Positions 22,156-35,811 of a stretch of 64,000 nt of DNA are shown here, piece after piece. Each line of letters opens with the position of its first letter. Within the stretch, counting starts at the first letter, position 1. Where the stretch lies: assembly GCF_004010195.1 (NCBI RefSeq), contig NC_057754.1, positions 7,405,428 to 7,469,427 of the forward strand, given 5' to 3'. Position numbers and translations under genes: made by a program. The notes under the pieces were generated by a model. That model did no database searches. It was not told where the DNA came from and saw nothing but the letters and a program-made list of their open reading frames with translations. Origin of the DNA: Chiloscyllium plagiosum. Its lineage: Eukaryota.

Positions 22156-22779
22156 CTTAAGTGGGGAGCATTCCATCACGTTCCTCGCTTACGCTTTGTA
22201 GATGGTGTACAGGCTTTGGAGTCAGGAGGTGAGTTACTCACCACAGTATTTATAGCTTCTAACCTGCTCTTGTAGCCACTATGTTTATAAGGGAAGTCCA
22301 GTTGAGTTTCTGGTCAATTGTAATGCCAAGGATATTGATAGTGGGGAGTTCAGTGATGGTAATAGCATTACATGTCGAGGGATAATGGTTGGATTCTCTC
22401 TTCTTGAAGATGGTTATTGCCTTGTTGGAACTTATGTGGTGTAAATATAACTTACTACTTATCAGTCCAGGCCTGGATACTGACCATGTCTTACTGCACT
22501 TGAACAGGGACTGTTTTGGTATCTGAGGAGTCGCAGATGGTGCTAAACATTGTGCAATCATTTGAAAACATCCCCACTTTTGATCTTATGATGGAGAGAA
22601 AACAGTTAGGATAGGGACACTTCACTAAACCTCTGCATAGACATCTTGGAGTTGAGATGACTGCCCCCCAACAACCACAACATCTTCCTATATGCTAGGT
22701 ATGACTCCAACCCATTGATTCCAGTTTTTCTTGGGCTGTTTGATGTCAAGAACAGTCATGCTCATATCACTCTGGAATT

Positions 22780-23125
22780 CGTAGAATCCCTTATAGTGTG
22801 GAAGCAGGCCAGTCAACCCATCAAGCCCACACTGCCCCTCTGAAGAGTATCCCACCCAGACTCACCCTAGAATCCTGCATTTCGCACGGCTAATCCACCT
22901 AGCCTGCACATCCCTGGACACTGTGGGCAATTTAGCACAGCAACTCCACCTAACCTGCACATCTTTGGACTGTGGGAGGAAACCGGAACACCTGCAGTAA
23001 ACCCATGCAGGCATGCAGAGAATGTGCAAACTCTACACAGTCAGTCTCCCAAGGTGGAATCGGACCCGGGTCCCTGGTGCTGTGAGACAGCAGTGCTTAC
23101 CTCTGCTGAGCTACCATGCTGCCCA
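22780..23125 (-). mobile_element. HE1-type SINE
   Basis: AACCTGCACATCTTTGGACTGTGGGAGGAAACCGG. Confidence 0.85.
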
Positions 23126-24064
23126 CAATTCAGCTCTTTTGTCCATGTGTTTGTAATGAGGTCAGGTGCTAATGATACCTGGCAGAACCCAAAATGGACA
23201 CCAGCCAATAGATTATTTTTGACTTAGTGCAGCTTGATGATACCATCCACCTTCCAAATGATGAAATTTTACTGATGACTGATGATGGGGCAGTAATTGG
23301 ATTGGATTTGTCCTTTATTTTGTTGCCAGGACAATACCCTGAGCAATTCTCCCCCTTGTCAGGTAGTTGTGAGTGTTAAAACTATAATGGAAGAGCTTGG
23401 CTAGAGAACTGGCAAGTTCTGGAGCACAAGTCTTGAATAGGTTTCCCAAATGGTGTCAGAGCCCATAGCCTTTGCAGTATACGGTGTCTCCGTACATTTC
23501 TTGCACAGAGGATTCTGGCAAATGCTTTAGTCTTGTCTCTTGCATCGATGGGATACTCACAAAGGCTCCTCCCTCAGTGAGTTGGTTAATTGTCCACCAC
23601 CATTGACAACTGGATGTGGTGTAGTTATCCCTCAAACTCTCCCCCAACAAATAAAACAAAATAAGACAGGCAGCTGGGCTGGCTACATATGTGCCTGATA
23701 TTTGTCAAGAGTTCCACACCCCACTCTTCACCCTGTCTGTCCCATTTTTCTTTGCCTTCTTTGAGTATAAATATGTGTCTGAAAACACAGGCACCTTTCT
23801 AGTTTCATTCTGTTGAGTCAACGTGAAAAGCCATCAGAGTCAACGTTAACATTTTTTTTCACGAATTATGTGAGGGATGGTGAGCTGTGTACGTGCGAGT
23901 GCTATTCTGACTCGAGACTGATCTGGCTGAGTGACTACAAATCCGTCGCAGGGGAGGGTTCCTGGAAATCACAGTACCTGTTGGTTTGGCAGCCATACCC
24001 TCCTACAGATATGGGGAAGCAATGAGTGCACGTTCCTTCAATCAGGAACAATCATATTTGACTT

Positions 24065-24580
24065 AGTCATAGAGTCATAGAGATGTACAGCATGGAAACA
24101 GACCCTTCGGTCCAACCCATCCATGCTGACCAGATATCCCAACCCAATCTAGTCCCACCTGCCAGCACCCGGCCCTTATCCCTCCAAACCCTTCCTATTC
24201 ATGTACCCATCCAGATGCCTCTTAAATGTTGCAATTGTACCAGCCTCCACCACTTCCACTGGCAGCTCATTCTGTGTACACACTACCCTCTGCGTGAAAA
24301 GGTTGCCCCTTAGGTCCCTTTTATATCATTCCCCTCTCACCCTAAACCTATGTTCTCTAGTTCTGGACTCCCCGACCCTAGGGAAAAGAATTTGTCTATT
24401 TACCCTATCCATGCCCCTCATGATTTTGTAACCCTCTATAAGGTCACCCCTCAGCCTCTGACGCTCCAGGGAAAACAGCCCCAGCCTGTTCAGCCTCTCC
24501 CTATAGCTCAAACCCTCCAACCCTGGCAATATCCTTGTAAATCTTTTCTGAACCCTTTTGTGTTTCACAACATCTTTCCT
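24065..24580 (-). mobile_element. CR1 3' fragment
   Basis: RVQKRFTRILPGLEGLSYRERLNRLGLFSLE on minus; GAGTCATA tail repeats. Confidence 0.9.
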
Positions 24581-24974
24581 GGGAATGGTTTTCTCCTTTG
24601 CAGTGGAGTAGACCAGGCTGCCGAATGAGTCACATCAACTTTGCTTTCTTATCAGTTGGCATTTATTGTCCATGCATCACCACTCTACCTGCAAACCCTA
24701 AAGGTTTCTCCCTTTGGGTCACAGAGCTGGGGGGGAAGTCAACATGCAATTCGACTAGGGGAGACATCGTGACATCGCCCCAATCCTGCCCTCAGTGTGT
24801 CTCGTGAACGAAGTTGGAGAACTAGCTGACCTGAATGGAGATAAATTCTGAAACTGAAAGGAATCACAGGGTGGTCTAAACGTAGGGGTAGGACATTGTG
24901 GGATGGCATGAGACTTTTGGGCAGGGTGAGTTTTAATTAATTAATCCACTCGCGTATAAATGGAACAAGGAAGT

Positions 24975-26690
24975 GGCACAACAATTAAACAACTTCGCAA
25001 AAGAAGGCACAAGTAACTTCCCAGGAATGCTAGGGAAGCGAGAGTCTTTTAAGAAGGAGGAATTGAGGGAGATTAGGGTTAGTGAAGTGCTGGAAAAATG
25101 CATGGGTCTGGAAGTGGATAAACTCCCAGGGTCCGATAAACCACATCCCAGGGTGCTCAAGGAAGTGGGTCATGGAAATAACAAATGGTTTGGTTCTCGT
25201 CTTCTGAAATTCTGTAGATTCTGGAACAGTCGCTGTAGATTGGATGGTGTCAAATGTAATCTCCTCCTCACCCTCCACATTGTCAAAAAAGGATGAGAAA
25301 ACAAGGAATTACAGACCAAACACACGGAAATTGGTGGAGTCTCTTATAAAGGATGCAATAACAGGGCACATGGAAAATATCAAACCACGCAAAGTTGATT
25401 TTATGAAAGAGAAATCATGTTTGACAAACTTGCTAGAATTGTTTGAGGAAGTAACTGATGTGGGAAAGCCCCAGGATGTGGTGTTTTTGGATTGGCTTTT
25501 GATAAAGTTCCACATAAGAGGTTAGTATGCAAAATCAAAGCATATGGGATTGATGATAATAAATTGGCATGGGTTAAGAATTGATTAGCAGACTGGAAAC
25601 AATGCAGGAATAAATAGATTTTTTTGGAGTGGAAGGCAAGTGGGGTACACTAGGGATCTGTGCTTGGGCCCCAGTTTTTCAATGGGTGTCATGGTGGCTC
25701 AATGGTTAACAGCCTCAAAGTACTAGGGACGCAGGTTCGATTTCAGCCTTGGGTGACTGTCACAGTCCCAAGGTGTGCAGGTTAGGATGGATTGGCCATG
25801 CTAATTTGCTCCATAGTGTCCAGGGTTATGTAGGCTAGGTGTGCTAAGCCATGGAAAATGCAGGGTTACAGGGATTGGGTGGAGATGGGTTGGTGGGGAG
25901 CACCGGAGTGCTTATGGTACGCTCTTCAACGGGTCAGTGTGAACTTGATGGGTTGAATGGCCTGCTTCCACACTGTAGGGATTCTATGATGATTTGGACA
26001 AGGGAATTAAATGAAATACAGCAAGCCTTTTACTAACCAGCACCTATGGGACCAGGAGTGTGCCGGTTGATCAAATATTCTGAATAATCAAGAATTTCGC
26101 TTAACCGCAGTAAACCCTGACCAAGCGTAGCTTCACAAAATTCCTCAAAAAGTCCTCATTGATAATTTTTGCCAGTTTATCAAGAGTGCTGGTTGATAAG
26201 GTACTGGTTAAAACCAAGTTTGGTGACGACTCCAAGTTTGGACTGTGAGTGGGTGACAAAGATGTGAAAAGTCTTAAAGGTGTTTTTGACAAGTTGAGTG
26301 AGTTGGCCAATGCATAACAGATGCAGTAAAACAGAGATAAATGGGAAGCCATCCACTTCAGTGGAAAAAAAACAGAGTGGAGTATTTCACTTAAATGGTG
26401 ATAGTTGGGAATGCTGACGTACGGAGGGACCTGGGCATCCTCATACACCAGTCATTGAAAACAGGAAAGTGCAGCAAGCAGCTGACCTTCATTGCAAGAG
26501 GATTTGAATGCAGGAACAAGGAAGTCTTACTGCAGCTGCAGGCAGCCTTGGTGAGACCACACCCAAAGCAGCGTGTGCAGTTTCACTCTCATTACCCACG
26601 AATGTGTTGAGAGAGAATGCAGCGAAGGTTTACCAGACTGACTCCTGAGGTGGCAGGCTTGATGCACGGACAGAATGGATTTCGGCCTGA
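24975..26690 (+). mobile_element. Old CR1 ORF2 relic with nested HE1 (25684-25990) and possible DNA-transposon fragment (26017-26215)
   Basis: LPGSDKPHPRVLKEV, KSCLTNLLELFEEVT, LVRPHPKQRVQF. Confidence 0.75.
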
Positions 26691-27106
26691 TGCTTCGGGT
26701 GGTCGGGTTTGGGATTGGTGAATGAAAGGTTCTTCCCAAAGGAACCATTCACATTGCAGAGGGTGGTGTCACTGGTAGGTGATCAGACTAATGTGGACAG
26801 CACAAGAATAGGCCATTGGCACATTCAGATCAATGATCTGACTGGGGGCTTATCTCTACTTCCTGACCTGCCATCAATAAGCAAGAATCTATTTGCTTTG
26901 GCCTTAACAATATTCAATGGTCTCACTTCCCCACACCTATTAGCGCAAATGTCAGGTGTAGGACAACTGCTGACATGACCATACACTTGCCCCAACATTT
27001 GCCCCCCTTGTCTGACACCAACGGAGATTTGGAGCCTGATTGAGCAGGAGCCTTGAGTGGTGTCCCTCTGCAAAGCAGAGCTGGGTCTCAAGCTGATGTC
27101 CTTAGT

Positions 27107-27442
27107 GGGCGGCACGGTGGCACAGTGGTTAGCAGAGACCCGGCAGAGTCTCACGGCGCCAGAGACCCGGGTTCAATTCCCGCCTCAGGCGACTGACTGT
27201 GTGGAGTTTGCACGTTCTCCCCGTGTCTGTGTGGGGTTTCCTCTGGGTGCTCCGGTTTCCTCCCACAGTCCAAAGATGTGCAGGTCAGGTGAATTGGCCA
27301 CGCTAAATTGCCCGTAGTGTTAGGTAAGGGGTAAATGTAGAGGTATGGGTGGGTTTCGCTTCGGCGGGGCGGTGTGGACTTGTTGGGCCGAAGGGCCTGT
27401 TTCCACACTGTAAGTAATCTAATCTAATCTAATCTAATCTAA
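27107..27442 (+). mobile_element. HE1 SINE, full length
   Basis: GGGCGGCACGGTGGCACAGTGGTTAGC head, (AATCT)5 tail. Confidence 0.93.
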
Positions 27443-27834
27443 TTGTGTTGGGCACTTCCAGGCAGTGTGCTCCAGACCCTAACTACTTGTTGCGTGAAAA
27501 TGTTTTATTCCTTTGCCTCACATTTGCTTCTTTTGCAAAATGCTTTAAAACTGTGCCTACTGATTCTTGATCTGATGAGAAGCCTTGTCTCCTTGTCTAC
27601 TATTTCCAGACCCCTCATGATTTTGAAAACTTCAATCTCTGCCTTCCTCCCCAAACCCTAACTCAGCCTTGAGTACATGCAATGCTCTGGAGTCCACTGC
27701 TTGATGTGCAAGACTCTCCGAGAGAAGAAACTCCTCCTCCTCCTCCTCGCCCTAAATGGGAGATTCCTTATTTTCAAACAACTTTTAGATTCCCCCACAA
27801 GGGGAAAGAACCTTTCAGCACTTACCTCGTCAAA

Positions 27835-28325
27835 TGCTGAACTCGCCAACTTTTATAGATGCACCATAGAAAGCATTCTATCTGGATGTATCATAGCTTG
27901 GTATGGCAACTGATCTGCCCAGGACCGTATGAAATTACAGAGAGTTGTGAATTTAGCCATCCATCACTTAGGCCAACCTTCCATCCATTGACTCTGTCTA
28001 CATTCCCCACTGCCTTGGGAAGGCAGCCAACATCATCAAAGACCCCTCCCAACCCAGTTACAATCTTGTTCAACCTCTTCCATTGGCCAGAAGGTACAAA
28101 ACACGTGCCAACAGGTTCAATAACAGCTTCTTCCCTGCTGTTATTAGACTTCTGAATGGACCTCCCAAATTTTAAATCTAACGTTGATCTCACTTTGCGC
28201 GCCTTCTCTGCAGCCGTATATAACATTGTATTCCTTGCTCTGTTCTACCACCCCATGATCTTTGATCTGCCTGTAATGCATGCTAAACTTTTCACTGTAC
28301 CTAGGTACACAATAAATCAAACCAA
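27835..28325 (+). mobile_element. Rex1/Babar-type LINE 3' fragment
   Basis: NFYRCTIESILSGCIIAWYGN; related 3' end at 50585-50905. Confidence 0.75.
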
Positions 28326-28389
28326 ATTAAATCCCCTGTTTTAATGGGATCACCTCCCATTCCTCTAAACTCCAGTGGGTATAGAGGCA

Positions 28390-28712
28390 AAACACTGCAG
28401 ATATCAGAAATCCAAAGCAAAGAGAATACTGGAAAAGCACTGTGGAGAAAGAAAACCACAGAGTTAACATTTCAAATCTGGTATGACTCTTTTTCATCAC
28501 TATGAGAAGTGAAGGAGTGTCATACCTGACTTGAAACAGAGATGTACAGCATGGAAACAGACTCTTTGGTCCAACTCATCCATGTCAACCAGATATCCTA
28601 ATCTAGTCGCATTCGCCAGCACTGGGCGTTAATTCTCTCTCTCACACTCTCTCCCCTTCCAAAGATGCTGGCAGATCTGCTGAGTTTCTCCAGTGTTCTC
28701 TGTGTCTGTATC
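28390..28712. mobile_element. Decayed fold-back PLE terminus (family C) interrupted by a CR1 tail
   Basis: GAGTTAACATTTC...GACTCTTTTTCA arm and CTGCTGAGTTTCTCCAG arm. Confidence 0.55.
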
Positions 28713-29453
28713 CATTGAACAAAGGCCCGACCTGCTCAGCTTTTTTCTCATGAGACAAATCCCCTTCATCTTAGGCAGCAGCCAAGTGAGCTGTACCCAG
28801 TACAGGTATGGTGATTTTGCCTGGAGAACTCTGTGATGGCTGGTGGCATACTGGGCAAACCCCAGCAATACCATTCAGTGCCCATTCTTACTAGCGTTCC
28901 TTTATTTGAAGGGATTTTTCAGCTCACCTATTCCTAAGGAGAAGATATCCGTCCCTCTGTCATGCAACCTTTCATGACCTTTATTGGTCAGAGTATTGAG
29001 TACAGGAATTGGGAGGTCATGTTGCGGCTGTACAGGACAGTGATTAGGCCACTTTTGGAATACTGTGTGCAATTCTGGTCTCCTTTCTATAGGGTGGATG
29101 TTGTGAAACTTGAAAGGGTTCAGAAAAGATTTACAAGGATGTTGCCAGAGTTGGAGGGTTTGAGCTATAGGGAGAAGCTGAATAGGCTGGGGCTGTATTC
29201 CCTGGAGCGTCGGAAGCTGAGGGGTGACCTTATAGAGGTTTATAAAATCATGAGGGGCATAGATAGGGTAAATAGATGAGGTCTTTTCCTGAGGGTGAGA
29301 GTGTCCAGAACTAGAGGGCATAGGTTTAAGGTTAGAGGGGAAAGATTTAAAAGAGACCTAAGGGCAACATATTCATGCAAAAGGTGATGCGTGTATGGAA
29401 TGAGCTGCCAGAGGAAGTGGTGGAAGCTGGTACATTTACAACATTTAAAAGGC

Positions 29454-29633
29454 GAAAGTGAGGGCTGCAGATGCTGGAGAGCAGAGTCGAAGAGTGAGGT
29501 GCTGGAAAAGCACAGCCGGTCAGGCAGCATCTGAGGACCAGGAAACCTGATGAAGGGCTTATGCTCGAAACGTCGATTCTCCTGCTCCTCAGATGCTGCC
29601 TGACCGGCTGTGCTTTTCCAGCACCACACTCTT
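29454..29633. mobile_element. Fold-back PLE terminal element (family A) inside CR1
   Basis: Inverted arms; TSD CAACA(T/A)TTAAAAGGC 29439-29453/29634-29648. Confidence 0.85.
29544..29578 (+). ncRNA. Minimal type-I hammerhead ribozyme motif
   Basis: CTGATGA-A-GGGC-TTAT-GCTC-GAAA-CGTC. Confidence 0.55.
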
Positions 29634-30109
29634 CAACAATTAAAAGGCAACTGGATGGGTACGTGAATAGGAAAGGTTTAGAGGGATATGGGCCAAGTGC
29701 TGGCAAATGGGACTAGATTAATTCAGGATATCTGGTCGGCATGTACAAGTTGGGCCGAAGGGTCTGTTTCCATGCTGTACATGTCTATGACTGTATAACA
29801 GGAGTTCAGCGCCTGTCGCTGCATCCTTGCAGCTACACCCCAAGTCTAATTCCAACTTTGGGCATACGCTACTGTAAGGGTTGCTGTCTCTCTTGCCTCA
29901 GTGTCAGGAGACTGCGGCTTGGAGTCCCATTCCAAAAGCTTTATTATTATTATTAATTCACAGGATGAGGGCGTTACTGGCTAGGCCAGAATTAACTGTC
30001 CATCCTTAATTGACCAGAGGGCAGTTAAGAGTGAACCACATTGCTGACAGGCTGCAGTCACATACAGGCCAACGTGAGACCATAACCCAAGCCAACACTC
30101 CCAGGACAA

Positions 30110-30385
30110 GTGGGAATGTCACACTGTCAGAGATTTCAGATGAGACATCAACCTGGGTGGAACTGTTGGCGTGTCCGGAAGAAGAGCAGGGGAATTCTCC
30201 CAAGTGCCCTGCAGCTAATATTTGCATGTCATGGATCCTTTAGTTATTAATTTTTTTCCTGTTTGTGGCTGCCAGGTTTCCTACAATTGGAATGTTCTGC
30301 AAAGCACTTTATTGGCTGTGGAGCGTTTTGCGGATTGACCCGAAGTTGTAAAAGGCACTACTATATCGATGGAAATGCTTCTGGC
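30110..30385 (+). mobile_element. DeuSINE relic
   Basis: GATGAGACATCAACC...GAAGAGCAGGGGAATTCTCCC...GGCTGTGGAGCG. Confidence 0.6.
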
Positions 30386-30510
30386 CTTCCTAGTGCATAT
30401 ATTGGCATGGCCTGACCAACAATGAAGGTGGTTTGTCGATATCAGAGTTAACAAGTCAGGAAATGTTGAAGGACGGCCTCTGGCTTGAGGCACTGCATCT
30501 ATGCGTAGAC

Positions 30511-31185
30511 TCTAGAATAGAGTGATGCTGGAAAAGCACAGCAGTTCAGGCAGCATCCGAGGAGCTGTAAAATCAACGTTTCGGGCAAAAGCCCTTCATT
30601 AGGAATATAGGCAGAGAGCCTGAAGAGTGGAGAGATAAATGAGAGGAGGGTGGGTGGTGGGGAGAAAGTTGCATAGAGTACAATGGGTGAGTGGGGGAGG
30701 GGATGAAAGTGNNNNNNNNNNNNNNNNNNNNNNNNNNNNNNNNNNNNNNNNNNNNNNNNNNNNNNNNNNNNNNNNNNNNNNNNNNNNNNNNNNNNNNNNN
30801 NNNNNNNNNNNNNNNNNNNNNNNNNNNNNNNNNNNNNNNNNNNNNNNNNNNNNNNNNNNNNNNNNNNNNNNNNNNNNNNNNNNNNNNNNNNNNNNNNNNN
30901 NNNNNNNNNNNNNNNNNNNNNNNNNNNNNNNNNNNNNNNNNNNNNNNNNNNNNNNNNNNNNNNNNNNNNNNNNNNNNNNNNNNNNNNNNNNNNNNNNNNN
31001 NNNNNNNNNNNNNNNNNNNNNNNNNNNNNNNNNNNNNNNNNNNNNNNCCTCCTCTCATTTATCTCTCCACTCTTCAGGCTCTCTGCCTATATTCCTGGTG
31101 AAGGGCTTTTGCCCGAAACATCGATTTCGAAGCTCCTTGGATGCTGCCTGAACTGCTGTGCTCTTCCAGCACCACTAATCCAGAA
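30511..31185. mobile_element. Fold-back PLE terminal element (family A) spanning gap 30712-31047
   Basis: Inverted arms on both sides of gap; TSD TATGC(G/A)TAGAC 30500-30510/31186-31196. Confidence 0.75.
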
Positions 31186-31754
31186 TATGCATAGACACCA
31201 GCCTTGCTTCTTCTGAGTGCTGTCTGAGAACTCTGCATGAATGACTCACCAGTTTACATGAACATTCCCTGGGGTAACAGAGGGAACTGCACATACACAC
31301 AACCAGAGTAAAACCACAACCAACACAGTGATAGGACTTCAGGATTTGCATGTTAAGGCCTGTCTGCTACACTTCCCCGAAATGTTACTTAACTGCAGAG
31401 ATAGGCAGTTACCGCAAATACTAAGGTTGCTCAGCTACAGCCCTGTCGAAACCTCTCTTCCTGCTGTGAAGGCAGATCTCTCTGGCTACCTCACCAGCTT
31501 TGCTGCCACCCCAAACTCCCACCCGCCCATGCAAATAACCTCAGTCTCTATCTCAGCTCCTCCGAACAGCCTAAATACTTATCCATGCCTTGGCTATATT
31601 GAGCTTGACAGCAGGGTCTCCCTATTACCGGCCTGAACAAACCTGAGTTTATCCATGGTCTGAGGTGCCCCCTTCCCCACTTCACACTGAGTCTGAGCTT
31701 CCAGCCCCCTGCCTCTCAATTTTCAAATTCTCATCCTTGCACTGGGATGACATC

Positions 31755-32042
31755 ATCATAGAATCCTCTACAGTGTGGAAGCAGGCCATCTGGCCCATCA
31801 CATCCACATCAACCCTCCACAGAACATCCCGACCAAACGCTGTACACCCGCGTTTACCATGGCCAGTACACATAATCTGCACAGCTTTGGACTGTGGGAG
31901 AAAACTGGTGCAGCAGGAGGAAACCCACGAGGACAAGGGAGAATGTGCAAACTCCACACAGACAGTTGCCCAAGATTGGCATTGAACCCAGGTCACGAGC
32001 ATTGTGAGGCAGCACTGCGAACCACTGAGGCACCGTGCCATA
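31755..32042 (-). mobile_element. HE1-type SINE
   Basis: GTGCAAACTCCACACAGACAG core. Confidence 0.82.
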
Positions 32043-33217
32043 GGTCTCATTCGCAGACATTTTACACTTTTGTGTGTTTGCCTACCCAGAATCTCTGGCA
32101 GAACAACTCTACACAGAAATGAAACCTCTTCTGGGAAACCACATCTATACAGAGTAATTTTTTTTTCAATTTAATTGCCTTTACAGTAGGCTTTAAATAG
32201 CTGCGTGGTGTGCATAAAGTGCAGAGCAAGGATGGAGCGTGGGGCCAAATTTTCATTCTGGGTTCAGACACATGAACTTTTTCAAGAACTTGTACCATGT
32301 TAGCCACTGTAGTACAATGCAACGTTCAAAGTTTTAGTCAGTAAAGATGCATTTTAGGAGGTCAAATGCAAGAAGAAATTGTACAGTAAATGGTAAAACT
32401 CTTAGGAGCATTGATATACAGAGGGATCTTGGGGTGCAAGTCCATAGCTGAATGAAAATGGCAACACAAGCAGATGAGATGGCAAAGAATGCATATGGTG
32501 TGCTTCCCTTTTACAATGACATCATGATCAGCACAGACATGATAGGCTGAAGGTCCTGTTCCTGTGTTGTTCTCTTGTCAATGTTTTCAAATTCTGCAAC
32601 AACAGCTTCCCCCACCACTCCCACTACCTTTAACCTCCTGTGACAATCCAAGATATCAGCAGTCCGCTGATTGCTGGTCTTTTGAGCATCTGCAAGTTCC
32701 TTCAGCCCAATTTTGGGGCAGTGGGGTAATGGAAGCTGTGTAAGCCACAGAGCTTTAAGGTGGCAAGGACCACACTTTCCTCTGGATTGGTCAGGATTCA
32801 GGCCTCAAGGATTAGTCAGTATTGATATTACCAGTTCAGATCAGCTACTAGTCAATGGTCACACCTTCCCCAGGGTATTGGTGTAAACTGGAATGGGAGA
32901 ATTCAATACAGCTGATCATTGCCTAGCACTTGTGAGGCACAGATGTTACATTCCACTCATCGGCCCAGGCCTGGATATTGTCCAGGTCTTGCCACTTTTG
33001 GACATAGACTGCTTCAGAATCTCCAGGAGTCGCGAATGATACTGAACACTGCGTGATTATCAGTGAACATTCCCACTTCCAATCTTGTGATAGAGGGAAG
33101 GCCGTTGATACAGATGGTTGAGACGAGGCAGAGATGCCCCAGGACTCCGATGCCATATCTTTATATCCAGAGGAACACCCAAACTTCGAAAGTGTTGCTG
33201 ATTGCAATAATGGGAAA

Positions 33218-33606
33218 TGCAGCATGGTGGCACAGTGGTTAGCACTGCTGCCTCACAGCGCCAGAGACCCAGGTTCAATTCCCGCCTTAGGCGACTGTCT
33301 GTGCGGAGTTTGCACATTCTCCCCGTATCTGCGTGGGTTTCCTCCCACAGTTCAAACATATGCAGGTTAGGTAAATTGGCCATGCTAATTACCTGTAGTG
33401 TGGATGCTGCCTGAACTGCTGTGCTCTTCCAGCACCACTAATCCAGAATCTGGTTTCCAGCATCTGCAGTCATTGTTTTTACCTTTTTATTTAGGTGAAG
33501 GAGTAAATGTAGGGGAATGGGTCTGGGTGGGTTGCTCTTCCGAGGGTTAGTGTGGGCTTGTTGGGCCGAAGGGCCTGTTTCCGCACTGTGAGTAATCTAA
33601 TCTAAA
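33218..33606 (+). mobile_element. HE1 SINE interrupted by PLE terminus (33400-33485)
   Basis: HE1 head and tail flank GGATGCTGCCTGAACTGCTGTGCTCTTCCAGC. Confidence 0.82.
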
Positions 33607-34337
33607 CTGCACACAGCAAGATCCCACACAATTAGGTGAATAACCAGTTAAACTCTTCGTGGGATGGTACCTGACAGCTGCTTAAGGTTCTTGCGTCATT
33701 CTGAGTTGTCACTGGTTACTAGTTTTGAAGTATAAATAGCTACAAGCTGTGGTTAGTCAGCATTTAGTTTAACAAAAGGATTTTGATTAGAGGTTTAAGA
33801 TTACAATTCTGAGTTAATTGCACTTTATGGAACATCAGTGGCCCTAACTGTCTGACAGTATCTGGTTTGGCCTGCAATTCCTGTATTGGATAGACAAATT
33901 TATTGTCAACTTCATTTCTGTCATATTGCCTGACATGTCTAAGATATTGTTTACCATAATCTTACATTAAAAAGATTTTCCCCACCCCCAGCTCCCATCT
34001 CCACCTTGGGTATTACTGGACTTTAGTTCCACAAGATTGAGGCCTACTTAAGTTTATCTTTTCATTGTTTTACACTGCCAATGCTGCTTTGCAGTAGGGG
34101 ATACTAGGTAAAATTAGAAAATACCAGACTCGACAGAGTTCACTGACTTCTACATTGTGATCACCACTTCCATTCCTTTCCCCCGACAGCAGGTGCTGTT
34201 GCTGTTCACACCTCCTCTAGACCCACCTTCAGCTTCTTTACTAATCCTACTGCCATCTGTTCTTCCCTCGCACCATCATCTTTTTTGTTTAATCATACCA
34301 GCCTATCACCCTCAACTCACACCTTCAAGTTATTCAT

Positions 34338-34850
34338 TCATAGAGTCATAGAGATGTACAGCATGGAAACACACTCTTCGGTCCAACCCATCCATACCGG
34401 CCAGATATCCCAACCCAATCTAGTCCCACCTGCCAGCACCCGGCCCATATCCCTCCAAACCCTTCCTATTCATATACCCATCCAAATGCCTCTTAAATGT
34501 TGCAATTGTACCAGTCTCCACCACTTCCTTTGGCAGCTCATTCCATACCCATACCATCCTCTGTGTGAAAAAGTTGCCTCTTAAGTCTCTGTTATATCTT
34601 TCCCTTCTCACCCTAAACCTATGCCCTCTAGTTCTGGACTCCCCGACCCCAGGGAAAAGACCTTGCCTGTTTACCCTGTCCATGCCCCTTCATAATTTTG
34701 TAAACCTCTATAGGGTCACCCCTCAGCCTCCGATGCTCCAGGGAAAACAGTCCCAGCCTGTTCAGCCTCTCCCTATAGCTCAAATCCTCCAACCCTGGCA
34801 ACATCCTTGTAAATAAATCTTTTCTGAACCCTTTCAAGTTTCACAACAAC
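34338..34850 (-). mobile_element. CR1 3' fragment
   Basis: RTRGHRFRVRRERYNRDLRGNFFTQR on minus. Confidence 0.9.
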
Positions 34851-34861
34851 TTCCTCCTCTT

Positions 34862-35682
34862 TTTTTCATTCATTCATGGGATGAGGGCATCTCTGGCTGT
34901 GCCAGCATTTATTGCCCATCCCCAATAGCCCAGAAAACAGTTAAGGGTCAACAACATTGTGAGGCAATGGACTAGTGGTGTTATTGCTGGACTGTTAATC
35001 CAGAGACCTATGGAACTGGGTTCAAATCCCAGTGTGACAGATGGTGGAATTTGATTTGAATTTAAGCTCGGAGGAAGAGAGGTGACCTGATCAAGGTATA
35101 CAAGGTAATGAGAGGCATGGATAGCTAGAGACTTTTCCCCAGGGCAGGATTGACTGGCACAAAGGGTCTTAGCTTTAAGATATTAGGAGAAAGGTAGAGA
35201 GGGTCATAAGAGGAGAGTTATTTACGTAGAGAATAATGAAATGCGTTGCCAGCAATGGTGGTGGAAGCAGAGTCATTAGGGACATTTAAGCAACTGCTGG
35301 ACATGCACATGGATAGCAGTGAATTGAGGTTAAGTTATTTTATTTTACATTGCATTGATCCTCGGCACAACATCATGGGCCAAAGGGCCTATTCTGTGCT
35401 GTACTTTTCTATGCTCTTAACATTGCTGTGGGACTGGAGTCACATGTAGGCCCAGACCAGGTAAGGATAGCAGCCCCCTTCCCTAAAGGGCAGTAGTGAA
35501 CCTGATGTGCTTTTTCTGACAATCTGCAATGGATTCATCGTAATCCATTACACTCTTAACTCCAGATTTTTACTGAATTCAAATTCTGCCCTCTGCTGTG
35601 GTGGGATTTGAACCCAGGTCTCTAGAACATTCCCTGTGTCTCTGCATTAACAGTCCAGTGATAATATCCTGAGGCCACCGCC
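34862..35682 (-). mobile_element. tRNA-derived SINE family 2 (LINE-B tail) with nested opposite SINE head and CR1 tail
   Basis: GGGATTTGAACCCAGGTC (B box on minus); tail GCCAGCATTTATTGCCCATCCC. Confidence 0.65.
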
Positions 35683-35811
35683 TCCTCTTGCACAAAGCAG
35701 CATTGGTGGTTGAAGTGCAATAACTGGGGGGGAAACTTAGGGATGGTGGGGTGGGGGCATGAAATAGAGGTACTCGGGGGTAAAACACTGCACCAGGAGG
35801 GTGAAACAGAC

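Larger units (their letters stand above)
20945..23520 (-). mobile_element. Second non-LTR retrotransposon family (LINE-B, CR1/L2 group), fragmented
   Basis: Minus-strand RT peptides INILGITIDQKLNWTSLINIVATRAG and DKAAHLI; 3' tail TTTATTGC...GTGGTGA on plus. Confidence 0.7.
28960..29795 (+). mobile_element. CR1 3' fragment
   Basis: ORF 28962-29279 LYRTVIRPLLEYCVQFWSP...RGDLIEVYKIMRG. Confidence 0.92.

Noticed and set aside
27107..27185. tRNA genes
   Set aside because: A/B boxes belong to SINE heads; no complete cloverleaf seen
30190..30201. kappaB-like GGGAATTCTCCC
   Set aside because: Part of the DeuSINE body with no supporting context
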